A DNA stretch of 16,844 nucleotides from Candidatus Methylomirabilota bacterium (GCA_046726415.1 JBKPAK010000331.1:1-16844); one strand, 5' to 3'; shown: positions 1-8,892, numbered from the stretch's first letter. Notes: generated by a model not told the origin, from the sequence alone. Numbers and translations are program-made.

Positions 1-264
1 CCGAGCTATCGGTACTTCGTCGAGATGGTCGAGCGCTTACACACGGTGAAGCCCGAGGATCTCACCGAAAATTCGGTGCTGCTCGGATCGGCCGCGCAGA
101 TCACGGACACGCTGAAGAAGGTCGAAGCGGCCGGCTTCGCCGAGGTGATCCTCTACTTCAACGTCGGCCTGAAGCCGCACGCCCAGGTCAAGGAGGAGAT
201 GCATCGCTTCATGGCGGAGGTCGCTCCCGCCTTCGAAGGCGCGCACGCGCGGAGGGTGCCGTAG
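1..264 (+). CDS. LLM-class (luciferase-like) flavin-dependent oxidoreductase, 3' partial
   Basis: Frame is open from base 1 (PSYRYFVEM...) to TAG at 262-264. The C-terminus GSAAQITDTLKKVEAAGFAEVILYFNVGLKPHAQVKEEMHRFMAEVAPAF is typical of LLM barrels. Confidence 0.8.
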   Translation, partial: PSYRYFVEMVERLHTVKPEDLTENSVLLGSAAQITDTLKKVEAAGFAEVILYFNVGLKPHAQVKEEMHRFMAEVAPAFEGAHARRVP

Positions 265-276
265 CGAAGGGTGCGG

Positions 277-320
277 ATCGCGCTCCCGCTGCCGACTCGA
301 GCCGCTCGCGGGAGACGCGA
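277..320 (+). terminator. GC-rich stem-loop after the partial LLM gene
   Basis: TCGCG-CTCCCGC ... GCGGGAG-A-CGCGA inverted repeat. There is no U-tract, so its function is uncertain. Confidence 0.35.
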
Positions 321-330
321 GAGGTATTCC

Positions 331-339
331 TGCTATAGT
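331..339 (+). promoter_or_regulatory. Extended -10 element (TGcTATAGT), probable leaderless promoter
   Basis: TG-n-TATAGT ends 5 nt before GTG(345) and 8 nt before ATG(348). No Shine-Dalgarno lies in between. Confidence 0.55.
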
Positions 340-344
340 CGCGG

Positions 345-1148
345 GTGATGACGACGGCCGCGTCCGAGACCGGTTGGGCGACGGTTCACGACGTGCGCCT
401 CGAGATTGTCGAGCGAGGGCAGGGGCCGCCGATCCTCTGGCTCCACGGTGAAGAGGGACTCGCTCCGAACGCATCCTTTTTGGATGCGCTGACCGCCCAC
501 GGTCGGGTGCTCGCGCCCTCCCATCCCGGCTTCGGTCATTCTCCCCACGCCCACGAGATCGATACCGTCGACGATCTGTCGTATCTCTACCTCGACTTGC
601 TCGCCGCGCGCGACCTGCGCGAGGTCGTGGTGATTGGCGCGTCGCTCGGCGGGTGGATCGCCGCGGAGATGGCGGTGAAGTGCGCCGACCGTCTGGTCGG
701 ACTGGTGCTCGTCGCTCCCCTGGGCATCAAGGTCGGGGATCGCGAGACGCGCGACATCCCGGACATCTTTGCGCTCCATCCGGACGAGGTCCTGCGGCTG
801 CAGTACCGGGACCCTGCCCGCGCCGCGGTCGACACGGGGAAGCTCGCCGACGATCAACTCACCGTCATCGCGCGAAATCGCGAGGCGACTGCCCAGTACG
901 CCTGGGAGCCGTACTTTCACAATCCGAAGCTGCGGCGCCGGTTGCGTCGAATTCCCGTCCCCACGCTCCTGCTGTGGGGCGCCGACGATCGGTTCGTGAC
1001 GGCGGACTACTACGGGGCCGCCTATCGCGCGGCCATTCCCGGAGCCCGACTGGAGACCATCGAGCGGGCGGGACACTTTCCCCACCTCGAACAGCCGGAC
1101 GCGCTCGTCGAGCGCGTCGGTCGATTCCTCGTCGAGCGGAGGGCGTAG
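345..1148 (+). CDS. Alpha/beta fold hydrolase
   Basis: 267 aa with HPGFGHS, nucleophile elbow GASLGG, WGADD acid and AGHFPHLEQP histidine motifs. Start may be 348. Confidence 0.9.
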   Translation: MMTTAASETGWATVHDVRLEIVERGQGPPILWLHGEEGLAPNASFLDALTAHGRVLAPSHPGFGHSPHAHEIDTVDDLSYLYLDLLAARDLREVVVIGASLGGWIAAEMAVKCADRLVGLVLVAPLGIKVGDRETRDIPDIFALHPDEVLRLQYRDPARAAVDTGKLADDQLTVIARNREATAQYAWEPYFHNPKLRRRLRRIPVPTLLLWGADDRFVTADYYGAAYRAAIPGARLETIERAGHFPHLEQPDALVERVGRFLVERRA

Positions 1149-1152
1149 CGCG

Positions 1153-2307
1153 ATGCAGGCCTGGTTCTTCAGCGAAAACGCGTATCATCTGCTGCCCGAT
1201 GCGAAGGAGTACGACTCGATCCGGGTCCAGCTCCCCAATCGCTACTACGATCCGAAGCTCGGCGCCGATCTCTATCACCGCTTCATCGACGAGTGGGTGA
1301 TCGCCGAAGAGCTGGGACTCGAGATCATGGTGAACGAGCATCACCAGACAGCCACGAACCTGAACCCAAGCGCGGCGGTGGTCATGGGCACGCTCGGGCG
1401 GGTGACGCGGAAGGCGCGACTGCTGATCCTCGGCAACCCGATCGCCAATCGCAAGGAGCCCGTCCGCGTGGCCGAAGAGATGGCCATGGTCGACGTGTAC
1501 TCTCGCGGCCGCCTGGAGTGCGGGTTCGTGCGCGGCGTGCCGTACGAGCTCTCGGCCGGGAACCACCGGCCGACCCACATGATGGAGCGCTTCTGGGAAG
1601 CCCACGACATGATCGTCAAGGCGTGGACGAGCCACGACGGCCCGTTTAACTGGGAGGGGAAGTACTTTCATCACCGGCAGGTGAACATCTGGCCACGGCC
1701 GTATCAGGACCCGCATCCCCCGATCTGGATCACCGCCCTCAGTCCGGCCAGTGCGCGCGATGTCGGCGAGAAGGGCTATGTCGTGGCCTGCTTCCTGACC
1801 GGATGGGACGGCACGAATGCCGTGTTCGGCGCCTATCGCGAACGGCGGGCGGAGTTGGGGCTGGGAGCGCCCGGGCTCGATCGCTTCGCCTACGCGGCAC
1901 TCGTCTACACCGGCGAGACCGACGAGGAAGGCTATGCCGGTGCCCGCAAGCTGCTGTGGTACATCGAGTCCAACAAGGTGCCCCCGCAGTACACCAGTCC
2001 TCCGGGCTATCACCCGATCGCCTCCGCGGTGAATGCGATGAAGGGATCGGCCAGCGCCGGTATCTTCCGGCTGTTCAAGAACCCCGCGCCGCTTGACGAG
2101 TACATGGAACGCGGGCTCGTCTTCGCGGGCAACCCGGACTCGGTCTACCGCCAGATCAAGAAGATGTACGACCACGTGGGAGGCTTCGGGCACCTGCTCA
2201 TCATGGGCCAGGCGGGGTTCCTCGACCACGACGAGACCGTGAAGGGCATGCAGATGTTCGCCCGGGAGGTCTACCCCCGGCTCAAGGAGCTGGCCCGCGC
2301 CGCGTAG
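1153..2307 (+). CDS. LLM-class flavin-dependent oxidoreductase
   Basis: 384 aa with NEHH, PVRVAEEMAMVDVYSRGRLECGFVRG, WPRPYQDPHPPIW and FAREVYPRL motifs. Starts 4 nt after the hydrolase. Confidence 0.92.
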   Translation: MQAWFFSENAYHLLPDAKEYDSIRVQLPNRYYDPKLGADLYHRFIDEWVIAEELGLEIMVNEHHQTATNLNPSAAVVMGTLGRVTRKARLLILGNPIANRKEPVRVAEEMAMVDVYSRGRLECGFVRGVPYELSAGNHRPTHMMERFWEAHDMIVKAWTSHDGPFNWEGKYFHHRQVNIWPRPYQDPHPPIWITALSPASARDVGEKGYVVACFLTGWDGTNAVFGAYRERRAELGLGAPGLDRFAYAALVYTGETDEEGYAGARKLLWYIESNKVPPQYTSPPGYHPIASAVNAMKGSASAGIFRLFKNPAPLDEYMERGLVFAGNPDSVYRQIKKMYDHVGGFGHLLIMGQAGFLDHDETVKGMQMFAREVYPRLKELARAA

Positions 2308-2333
2308 CCATCGCGTGGTGGCCCCCCGCGGTC

Positions 2334-2417
2334 TCAGACGCGCTCCATGATGCCGAGCGGGATCTCGCGCGTCGTCCGCGTCTGGTTCTCGTCGGAGGCC
2401 GGTCCGCTCGAGGTCAC
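2334..2417 (-). pseudogene. C-terminal stub of a nitroreductase-family deazaflavin(F420)-dependent oxidoreductase (Ddn-like)
   Basis: Translates to ...PASDENQTRTTREIPLGIMERV*, resembling the family C-terminus P-x-Y-D-E-Y-Q-x-R-T-x-R-E-I-P-V-V-V-L-E-R with several substitutions. Confidence 0.55.
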
Positions 2418-2442
2418 GTCAGAAGCCGGTGCGTCTTTTGGA

Positions 2443-2883
2443 TCAGTCGAGCCGATAGGCGCGGCGCGCCGTGCCGCTGAAGAGCGCCAGCTTCTCGGCG
2501 GGGGACGCTCCGGCGGCAATGCGCTTGAACGCGTTCCACAGCGCCGCCCATCAGGTCCCCATCTTCTCCACCGGGAAGTTGCTCTCGAACATGCAGCGAT
2601 TCGCCCCGAACCGCTCGATGCACGGCTCAATGTAGGGGCGCCAGAGGGTGGCCAGCTCGGCCGAGGACGGCGGCCCGGGCTGGGTCCGATAGTCGTAGGC
2701 GGCCAGCCGCATCATCATGCCCCCGAGCTTCATGGTGTGATCCGGGCGCTCCCACAGATGGTGATGGGTGTCGACGATGGGCAGGTCGGCATCGAGGACG
2801 GGCTCGGGCGGCTGTCTCGCCAACCACGCCTCGTCGGGCGGGTAAATCCTGCCAAACTGCGTCGGACGTGTGGAACCTGGCAT
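2443..2883 (-). pseudogene. Amidohydrolase (Amidohydro_2) with large internal in-frame deletion and nonsense codon
   Basis: The N-terminal 49 codons (DLPIVDTHHHLWERPDH) join at about 2736/2737 to C-terminal TMKLGG...RCMFESNFPVEK. In-frame TGA at 2551-2553, after which the frame continues WAALWNAFKRIAAGASPAEKLALFSGTARRAYRLD* (stop 2443-2445). GGAG upstream. Confidence 0.85.
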
Positions 2884-2898
2884 GGGCTCTGTCTCCGG

Positions 2899-3120
2899 TC
2901 AGGCCCGGGCCTGACGCATCAGTTGCACGCAGCGATCGAGGACAGGAAGCTACTTCTTGGGCAGATCGCCCCCCTGTGGAAACGGCGACTGGCGCGAGAG
3001 CGGGATGCGCGAGTGCTCGGGCGCCCAGAGCGACTCGAACCCGCGCTCCTCCAGCGCCCGGCCAAGCGCGGCCGGCCCCACCGAGTAGTCCGTGAAGAAC
3101 ATCGCCGCTCCGAACTCCAT
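2899..3120 (-). pseudogene. LLM-class, probably F420-dependent, oxidoreductase reduced to its two ends
   Basis: GGAGG RBS and ATG 3120. 56 codons MEFGAAMFFTDYS...EERGFESLWAPEHSRIPLSRQSPFPQGGDLPKK, TAG at 2950-2952, then in frame LPVLDRCVQLMRQARA* (stop 2899-2901), which resembles the family's last helix. Confidence 0.8.
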
Positions 3121-3379
3121 GGTCGCCTCCCGTCGTTCCTGGCTGTCTTCGGCCAACAGCTTACCCGCAGTGCACGGGGAGCGGCGATCGCCCTTCGCGA
3201 GCGCGCTCGAGAAAGGAGTTGAGACGTCCGCGCGGGTGTTTGCCCAGCGAGGTGCCGTGGTACGCTGTTCCCTCTTTCGCGGGCGGTGAGACTGAGCCGG
3301 TGGCCGCGCATCGCGCGCGGCGGTCGTCGGCGCAGATGTGTCCTCCGATGTCTCGAGAGACGGCAAAGGAGCCATGACC

Positions 3380-4210
3380 ATGCACATCGTCGATTCGCAG
3401 GTTCACATCTGGGGCGCGGATGCTCCCGACCGGCCGTGGCCGACCGGCCGCGCGCAGGAGGCTCAGAAGCCCTATCCGATCTCCAAGGAGACCCTGCTGT
3501 TCCAGATGGACCTGGCCAAGGTGAAGGGGATGGTGCTGGTGCCGCCTTCGTGGGAGGGCGAGCGCAACGACCTCGCCCTGGAGGCGGCACGCGCCTACCC
3601 CGACCGGTTCGCCGTCATGGGGCGGCTGGCCCTCCAGAAGGCCGAGAGCCGCGCGCTGGTTGCCGACTGGAAGAAGCAGCCAGGCATGCTCGGCATGCGC
3701 TTCACCTTCCACAACGAGCACAATCGCCATTTCCTCACCGATGGGTCGGCCGACTGGTTGTGGCCGGCGGTGGAGCGAGCGGGCATCCCGCTGATGGTCC
3801 TGGTGCCGGGATCGCTCGACGTGCTCGACCGCATCGCGGGGCAGCATCCCGGGCTCAAGTTGGTGATCGACCACGTGGGACTCGACATCCGGGGCAAGGG
3901 ACCGAGGGTGTGGGAAGATTTGCCCACCGTCTGCGCGCTGGCCAAGCACCCGAACGTCGCGGTGAAAGCGTCGGGCATGCCGTCGCTCTCGACCGAGAGC
4001 TATCCCTTCCGGGATCTACATCCGCATATCCGCACCTTGGTCGACGCCTTCGGCCCGCGCCGCACCTTCTGGGGCACGGATCTCACCCGCATGCCGTGCA
4101 CCTACTACGAATGCATCTCGCTCTTCACTGCGCACCTGCCCTGGCTGAAGGGCGAGGACCTCGAGTGGGTGATGGGCCGCGGCGTGTGCGAGTGGCTGGG
4201 CTGGCGCTGA
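3380..4210 (+). CDS. Amidohydrolase family protein (COG3618 / lactonase-like)
   Basis: IVDSQVHIW, VIDHVG, HPNVAVKASG and FGPRRTFWGTD motifs. AAAGGAG lies 8 nt before ATG 3380 (alternative start 3374). Confidence 0.88.
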   Translation: MHIVDSQVHIWGADAPDRPWPTGRAQEAQKPYPISKETLLFQMDLAKVKGMVLVPPSWEGERNDLALEAARAYPDRFAVMGRLALQKAESRALVADWKKQPGMLGMRFTFHNEHNRHFLTDGSADWLWPAVERAGIPLMVLVPGSLDVLDRIAGQHPGLKLVIDHVGLDIRGKGPRVWEDLPTVCALAKHPNVAVKASGMPSLSTESYPFRDLHPHIRTLVDAFGPRRTFWGTDLTRMPCTYYECISLFTAHLPWLKGEDLEWVMGRGVCEWLGWR

Positions 4211-4977
4211 TGGACTTCGACGCGGCGTTAGTCGGGTTCGCGGCCCTCGACGAAGAGGCCCTGGCGCGCTCGTGGTCCTGGCGTGGTGGTCAGATAGACG
4301 TCCACTACGCGCTCTACCGAACGCTGGAAGAGGCGCAGGAGGCATACGTCCAGGCCGCCGCCGGCCAGCATCCCGAATCGCGTCGCATCCTGGCCCTCGC
4401 GCAGCGCGCGTTTGGCGATCTTCGCGGCCTGCTGGTCGGACTACCCGCCGATCTGCTGGAGGTGCCGCCGCGCCGGGGCGAGTGGTCGATTGGGGAGACG
4501 CTCCGCCACCTGCGAGCCGTGGAGCAGCGGTATGCCCTGCATACCCTCTACGCAGTCGAGCGCTCGGATTCCGATCCGGTGCGCATCCCTGACGACCGGC
4601 TGCCGCCGACCGCGCCCACGGCGAGCGGCGGCGACCTCGGCGTGCTCCTCGCGCAGCTGGCCGAGGCGCGGGCGGACACGAACCGCCGGCTCGGCGACGT
4701 GGCGCCGGCATCGATGACCCGGCCGACGATTTGGATGCACTGGGAGATCGACGTGCGCTTTCGGCTTCACCGCTTCGCCGCGCATTTGGCCGAGCACATC
4801 GTCCAGTGCGAGAAGACGCTGGCCGCCCTGGTGGGGCGCCAGCCAGAAGGACGGCGGATCGTGCGTCGCCTCACCGCGGCGATCGGCGAACTCGAAGGGC
4901 TCGGAGCGCTCGCCGAAGCACACGAGATCGAGGCACGCCTGACCGAGCGTTTCACTTCGGTGACCGCCTCGGTTTGA
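4210..4977 (+). CDS. DinB-family (DinB_2) protein
   Basis: 255 aa starting at a TGATG overlap with the amidohydrolase stop. GEWSIGETLRHL and AAHLAEHIVQ supply the His triad of the DinB/YfiT fold. Confidence 0.82.
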   Translation: MDFDAALVGFAALDEEALARSWSWRGGQIDVHYALYRTLEEAQEAYVQAAAGQHPESRRILALAQRAFGDLRGLLVGLPADLLEVPPRRGEWSIGETLRHLRAVEQRYALHTLYAVERSDSDPVRIPDDRLPPTAPTASGGDLGVLLAQLAEARADTNRRLGDVAPASMTRPTIWMHWEIDVRFRLHRFAAHLAEHIVQCEKTLAALVGRQPEGRRIVRRLTAAIGELEGLGALAEAHEIEARLTERFTSVTASV

Positions 4978-5002
4978 CAACGCCCGCGCGACAACGTATA
5001 CC
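4974..5002 (+). promoter_or_regulatory. Sigma70-type promoter for the dksA/traR-like gene
   Basis: TTGACA (4974-4979), 17-nt spacer, TATACC (4997-5002). Confidence 0.6.
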
Positions 5003-5077
5003 CCTGGATCGACGTGCGGTGATGTCGGCCGCGCTCCTCGGCACGGAATCTGCAGTACCTCGGGTGGGAGAGAGTCG

Positions 5078-5455
5078 ATGAAGAACGTCCGTAAACAGCT
5101 AGAGAAGGAGCTCAGTACCGCCATCGCGCGACTGCAGCAGCTTGGTCTCACGCCACGAGACGACGAGCAATCCTCGCGGCCAGACTCTCAGTCCGTGAGC
5201 GATATCGGAGACGTTGCCCAGGTGAGCGAGCGAAGAGAGCTGGAGTTTGAGACACGTGACCGGCTGGCCGAGCGCATCAACCGGCTCTCCGCCGCTCTGC
5301 AGCGGCTCGACGAGGGTAGCTACGGTATCTGCGAGCGGTGCGGTCAGCGCATACACCCTGCGCGACTGCGCGCCCTGCCGGAAGCCCCGCTTTGTCGCGA
5401 TTGTCAGGAACACGTCGAGCGCATCGCAGGCACCGCCCGCCCGGCATCTCTCTGA
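5078..5455 (+). CDS. TraR/DksA C4-type zinc finger protein
   Basis: 125 aa coiled coil with DxxDxA (DIGDVA), ALQRLDEGSYGICERC and RLRALPEAPLCRDCQE. GGGAGAG upstream. Confidence 0.92.
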   Translation: MKNVRKQLEKELSTAIARLQQLGLTPRDDEQSSRPDSQSVSDIGDVAQVSERRELEFETRDRLAERINRLSAALQRLDEGSYGICERCGQRIHPARLRALPEAPLCRDCQEHVERIAGTARPASL

Positions 5456-5541
5456 TCGGCGTGGTGCCTCGGATCGCCCGCGGTGCAGTGGTGGATCGCC
5501 AATACCAGGCGCACCTCGCCTGGGGGCTCCGCCGGACTGGC

Positions 5542-6975
5542 CTAGACCGTGCCTCCGCGAGCGCTGAGCGCGCCGTGGTCAGCCAGCACTTGGGCGATGC
5601 AGGCGGTCACCTTCACGCCGGTAGGCAGGTCGATGAACTCGTTGGGCCCATGGGCGTTCGAACCGGGGCCCATCACACCGGTGACCAGGAACTGGGCCTC
5701 GGGGAATCGCTCGCCGAGCATGCTCATGAACGGGATGGAGCCTCCGAGTCCGTCGAACATCGGCGGCGCGTCGAAGTATGCACTCGACGCACGCGTCACG
5801 GAATCGCGAAGCCACCCGGCCATCACCGGGGCATCCCAGCCGCGGGCGGGCCGCTCACTGGTCGCGAACGTCACCCGCGCGCCGTAGGGCGGCTCGGCCT
5901 CTAGAACTTCCGTCACGCGCCGGCTCGCTCGGTCGGCGTCGGCGGTGGGTGGCAGGCGCAACGACAGCTTCAGGGACGTCTTGGGGCGCAGCACGTTGCC
6001 GGCGTCGGCCAACGCCGGGATACCATCGACGCCGGTGACCGCGAGCGCGGGCCGCCACGTATTGTTGAGCAGCGCTTCCACCGGGTCCACCGTCACCGGG
6101 CGCATGCCCGGGACATACGGGAAGCGATGCCAGACGTCCTTACCCAGCACCGCTGCGACCGCCCGCACCTCGGCCATCCGCGCGGGTGGGATCTCCACGT
6201 GGCACTCGCGGACCAGGATCTCTCCTGTCCGTTCGTCCTCCAGCCGGCCCAGGATCTGACGCAGGATGCGAAAGCTCGACGGGACGATGCCACTGGCGGC
6301 GCCCGAGTGAACGCCTTCGCCCAGCACCTCCACGGTCAGTGTGCCGCTCAGCACGCCACGCAGCGATGTGGTGGCCCACAGATGGTCGTAGTCGCCGCAG
6401 CCCGAGTCGAGGCAGACGACGAGGCCGGGCCGAATGCGATCGGCCAGCTTCTCCACGTAGGCCGGTAGGTCGGGACTGCCGCTCTCCTCGGATGCCTCGA
6501 TCAGCACCACGCAGCGGCGATGGCGCACGCCCTGGGCCTGGAGCGCCTCGATGGCCGTGAGCGCGGCGAAGGCGGCATAGCCGTCGTCACCGGCGCCGCG
6601 GCCGAACAGCCGGTCGCCGCGGCGGACGGGAGTCCAAGGTCCGCCGTCCTCGGCCCAGCCGACCATCTCCGGCTGCTTGTCGCAGTGGCCATAGAGCAAG
6701 ACGGTCTCGCCGCCCGCTCCCGGCGCCTCCATCAGGATCAGCGGTGTGCGGTGGTCGAGGCGGATCACCTCGATATTCAAGCCCTCGATCTTCCGGCCCC
6801 GGGCCCAATCGGTGATGAGGGTCACGGCGCGCTCGATGTGGCCGTGCGCCGCCCACCTGGCGTCGAACATAGGCGACTTGGCCGGGATGCGGATGTACTC
6901 GGTGAGGGCGGGGACGATGTCGCCATCCCACGCCCGCTGGACGAAAGCGCGCGTGCGGTCGCCGTCGATGGTCAT
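5542..6975 (-). CDS. M20/M25/M40 family metallopeptidase (dipeptidase-like)
   Basis: YGHCDKQP, GRGAGDDG, EESGS, CLDSG and SNAHGPNE metal-binding motifs. Start 6975 preferred (TAGTAT 7 nt upstream); the ORF extends to 7005. Confidence 0.9.
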   Translation of the reverse strand: MTIDGDRTRAFVQRAWDGDIVPALTEYIRIPAKSPMFDARWAAHGHIERAVTLITDWARGRKIEGLNIEVIRLDHRTPLILMEAPGAGGETVLLYGHCDKQPEMVGWAEDGGPWTPVRRGDRLFGRGAGDDGYAAFAALTAIEALQAQGVRHRRCVVLIEASEESGSPDLPAYVEKLADRIRPGLVVCLDSGCGDYDHLWATTSLRGVLSGTLTVEVLGEGVHSGAASGIVPSSFRILRQILGRLEDERTGEILVRECHVEIPPARMAEVRAVAAVLGKDVWHRFPYVPGMRPVTVDPVEALLNNTWRPALAVTGVDGIPALADAGNVLRPKTSLKLSLRLPPTADADRASRRVTEVLEAEPPYGARVTFATSERPARGWDAPVMAGWLRDSVTRASSAYFDAPPMFDGLGGSIPFMSMLGERFPEAQFLVTGVMGPGSNAHGPNEFIDLPTGVKVTACIAQVLADHGALSARGGTV

Positions 6976-7059
6976 GGCTTCAATACTATCCGCAATCCCG
7001 CTCATGGAATTGATCGGCTAGCGACGGTGCGCTCCGCGCGCGCCTCGGTCGGGCCTCGA

Positions 7060-8353
7060 TCATCTCTGGCCATCTCCGCCGGCTTCGCACGCGGCGAGCC
7101 GGCCGGCCAGGAAAACCTGCTCTCGCGCGTTGTCAGCTAGTCCGAGCGCCCGGCGGTATTCGGCGGCCGCCTCCGTCCACCGTCCCAGTCGCCGAAGGAA
7201 GTCAGCGCGGGCGGCGGGCAGCAGATGATATCCACGTAGCGCTGACCGATCGATGTGGTCGAGGGCGGTCAGGCCAGCCTCCGGTCCGTGCGCCAGGCCG
7301 ATCGCCACCCGCGCGGTTCAGCTCGACCACCGGTGACGGGGCGACCTCGCCGAGCGCGCGGTAGAGGGCGACGATCCGGAGCCAGTCGGTCGCTTCCCAG
7401 GAGACCGCGCGCGCGTGACAGGCGGCGATGGCGGCCTGGAGCTGGTACGGTCCCGCGCGCTCCAGCGAGCCTGCGCGATCGAGACAGGTAAGACCACGGG
7501 CGATCCGCGCCTGATCCCAGCGCGCGCGCTCCTGATCCGCGAGCAGGACGAGATTGCCGTCGTGGTCGGTGCGCGTCGCCGCCCGCGAAGCCTGAAGCTC
7601 GATCAGCGCGAGCAATCCGAGGACCTCGGGCTCACGGGGCATCAGCTCGGCGAGCATCTGTCCGAGGCGGAGGGCCTCCTCGCAGAGATCTCTTCGCACG
7701 AGCGTGTCGCCGCTGTAGGCGGCATAGCCCTCGTTGAAGATCAAGTAGACCACCGCGAGCACAGCGGGCAGGCGCGCGGACAGTTCGGCCCCTTCGGGCA
7801 CCTCGTAGGGGAGGCCGCGATCGCGGATCGCTCGCTTGGCGCGCACGAGCCGCTGAGCGATCGTGGGCTCGGGCACGAGAAAGGCACGCGCGATCTGCGC
7901 CGTCGTGAGACCGCCCACCAGCCTGAGGGTGAGCGCCACGCGGCTGTCGGCGGGTAGGCCCGGATGACAGCAGGTGAAGATCAGCCGGAGCCGGTCGTCG
8001 GGGATCGCCTCGGAATCGGTAACATCAGGGATCTCGTCCATCGCGCCGAGCGCGACTTCGTAGGCCAACGCTTCGGCCCGCGCCTCAGCCCGTCGGGTGC
8101 GGCGCAGGCGATCCAGCGCGCGCCGTCGAGCCGTGGTGAGAAGCCAGGCACCCGGCCGGTCTGGCGTTCCGTTGGCGGGCCAGTGGCCGAGGGCCTGCTC
8201 GAAGGCCTCCTGGCTGACCTCCTCCGCCGCATCGATGTCGCGCACGATCCGAAGCACAGATGCCACCACGCGCCCGTACTCCTGGCGGAACACCTCGGCG
8301 ACGCGCGCGTGCACCGCGCTGTCCAGCGTTTGCCCGCGGTCCATCGACTCCAC
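7060..8353 (-). pseudogene. ECF42-type RNA polymerase sigma factor with C-terminal TPR extension, frameshifted
   Basis: Sigma region 2 (AWLLTTARRRALD), DDRLRLIFTCCHP, AQRLVRAK, YLIFNEGY and GPYQLQAAIAACHA. One extra G at 7308-7310 shifts VVELNRA from VAIGLAHGPEAGL...YHLLPAARADFLRRLGR (ORF 7060..7308). Could be a sequencing error. Confidence 0.85.
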
Positions 8354-8446
8354 GAGCAGATGGTACTCGAAACGCCGGGGGTGCTCCGGGAGGCGTGTGC
8401 CACACGCGCGCGTTCCCGGGCCGAGTGAGCAGCGTCACCCCGCCGC

Positions 8447-8794
8447 TCACATCGACCAGATCGGTCGCACGTCGACGAAGGCCCCCTCGCAGAGCGGGAC
8501 CTTCTTCGCCCACTCGATGGCTTCGTCCCGGGTCTCGCACTCGATCAGATAGAAGCCGCCCAAGGCCTCTTTCGTCTCGGTGAAGGGGCCGTCCATGACC
8601 TGCCGCTGCCCGGCCTTGAAGCGGACACGGCTGGCGTCGCTATCCGGGCGCAAGCGCTCGCCGTGGACCATTTTGCCGGCCTTGTGCAATTCCTCGGCGA
8701 AGCGCGAGTGAGCCTGCACGATGGCCTCCATCTCGGCCCGGGGAGGTGGAAGAGCAGCCTTATCATCGGAGCAGATGAGCAGCATGTAGCGCAT
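8447..8794 (-). CDS. YciI-family DGPF(AETKE) protein
   Basis: 115 aa, MRYMLLIC...VMDGPFTETKEALGGFYLIECETRDEAIEWAKKVP...VDVRPI. GGAGGA RBS before ATG 8794. Confidence 0.92.
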   Translation of the reverse strand: MRYMLLICSDDKAALPPPRAEMEAIVQAHSRFAEELHKAGKMVHGERLRPDSDASRVRFKAGQRQVMDGPFTETKEALGGFYLIECETRDEAIEWAKKVPLCEGAFVDVRPIWSM

Positions 8795-8865
8795 CGGGCA
8801 TCCTCCAGCGTGAATGTGGTGGCTACCGAGGAGGCTGTGCCAGACTCGGCCGCCACTACTCAGTC

Positions 8866-8892
8866 GACGCCGGTGAGTAGCCAGAATCGACA
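8866..8892 (-). promoter_or_regulatory. ECF42-type promoter (TGTCGA-N17-CGTC)
   Basis: The minus strand reads TGTCGA ttctggctactcaccgg CGTC about 70 nt upstream of the DGPF gene, matching the recalled ECF42 consensus (-35 TGTCGA, -10 CG[A/T]C). Confidence 0.75.

Noticed and set aside
3286..4977. 563-aa ORF as a fusion protein
   Set aside because: The first 308 codons are an off-frame shadow of the amidohydrolase; protein-like sequence starts at ATG 4210.
5505..5523. 7-bp hairpin between the convergent dksA-like and M20 genes
   Set aside because: Short, with no U-tract on either strand, so too weak to call a terminator.
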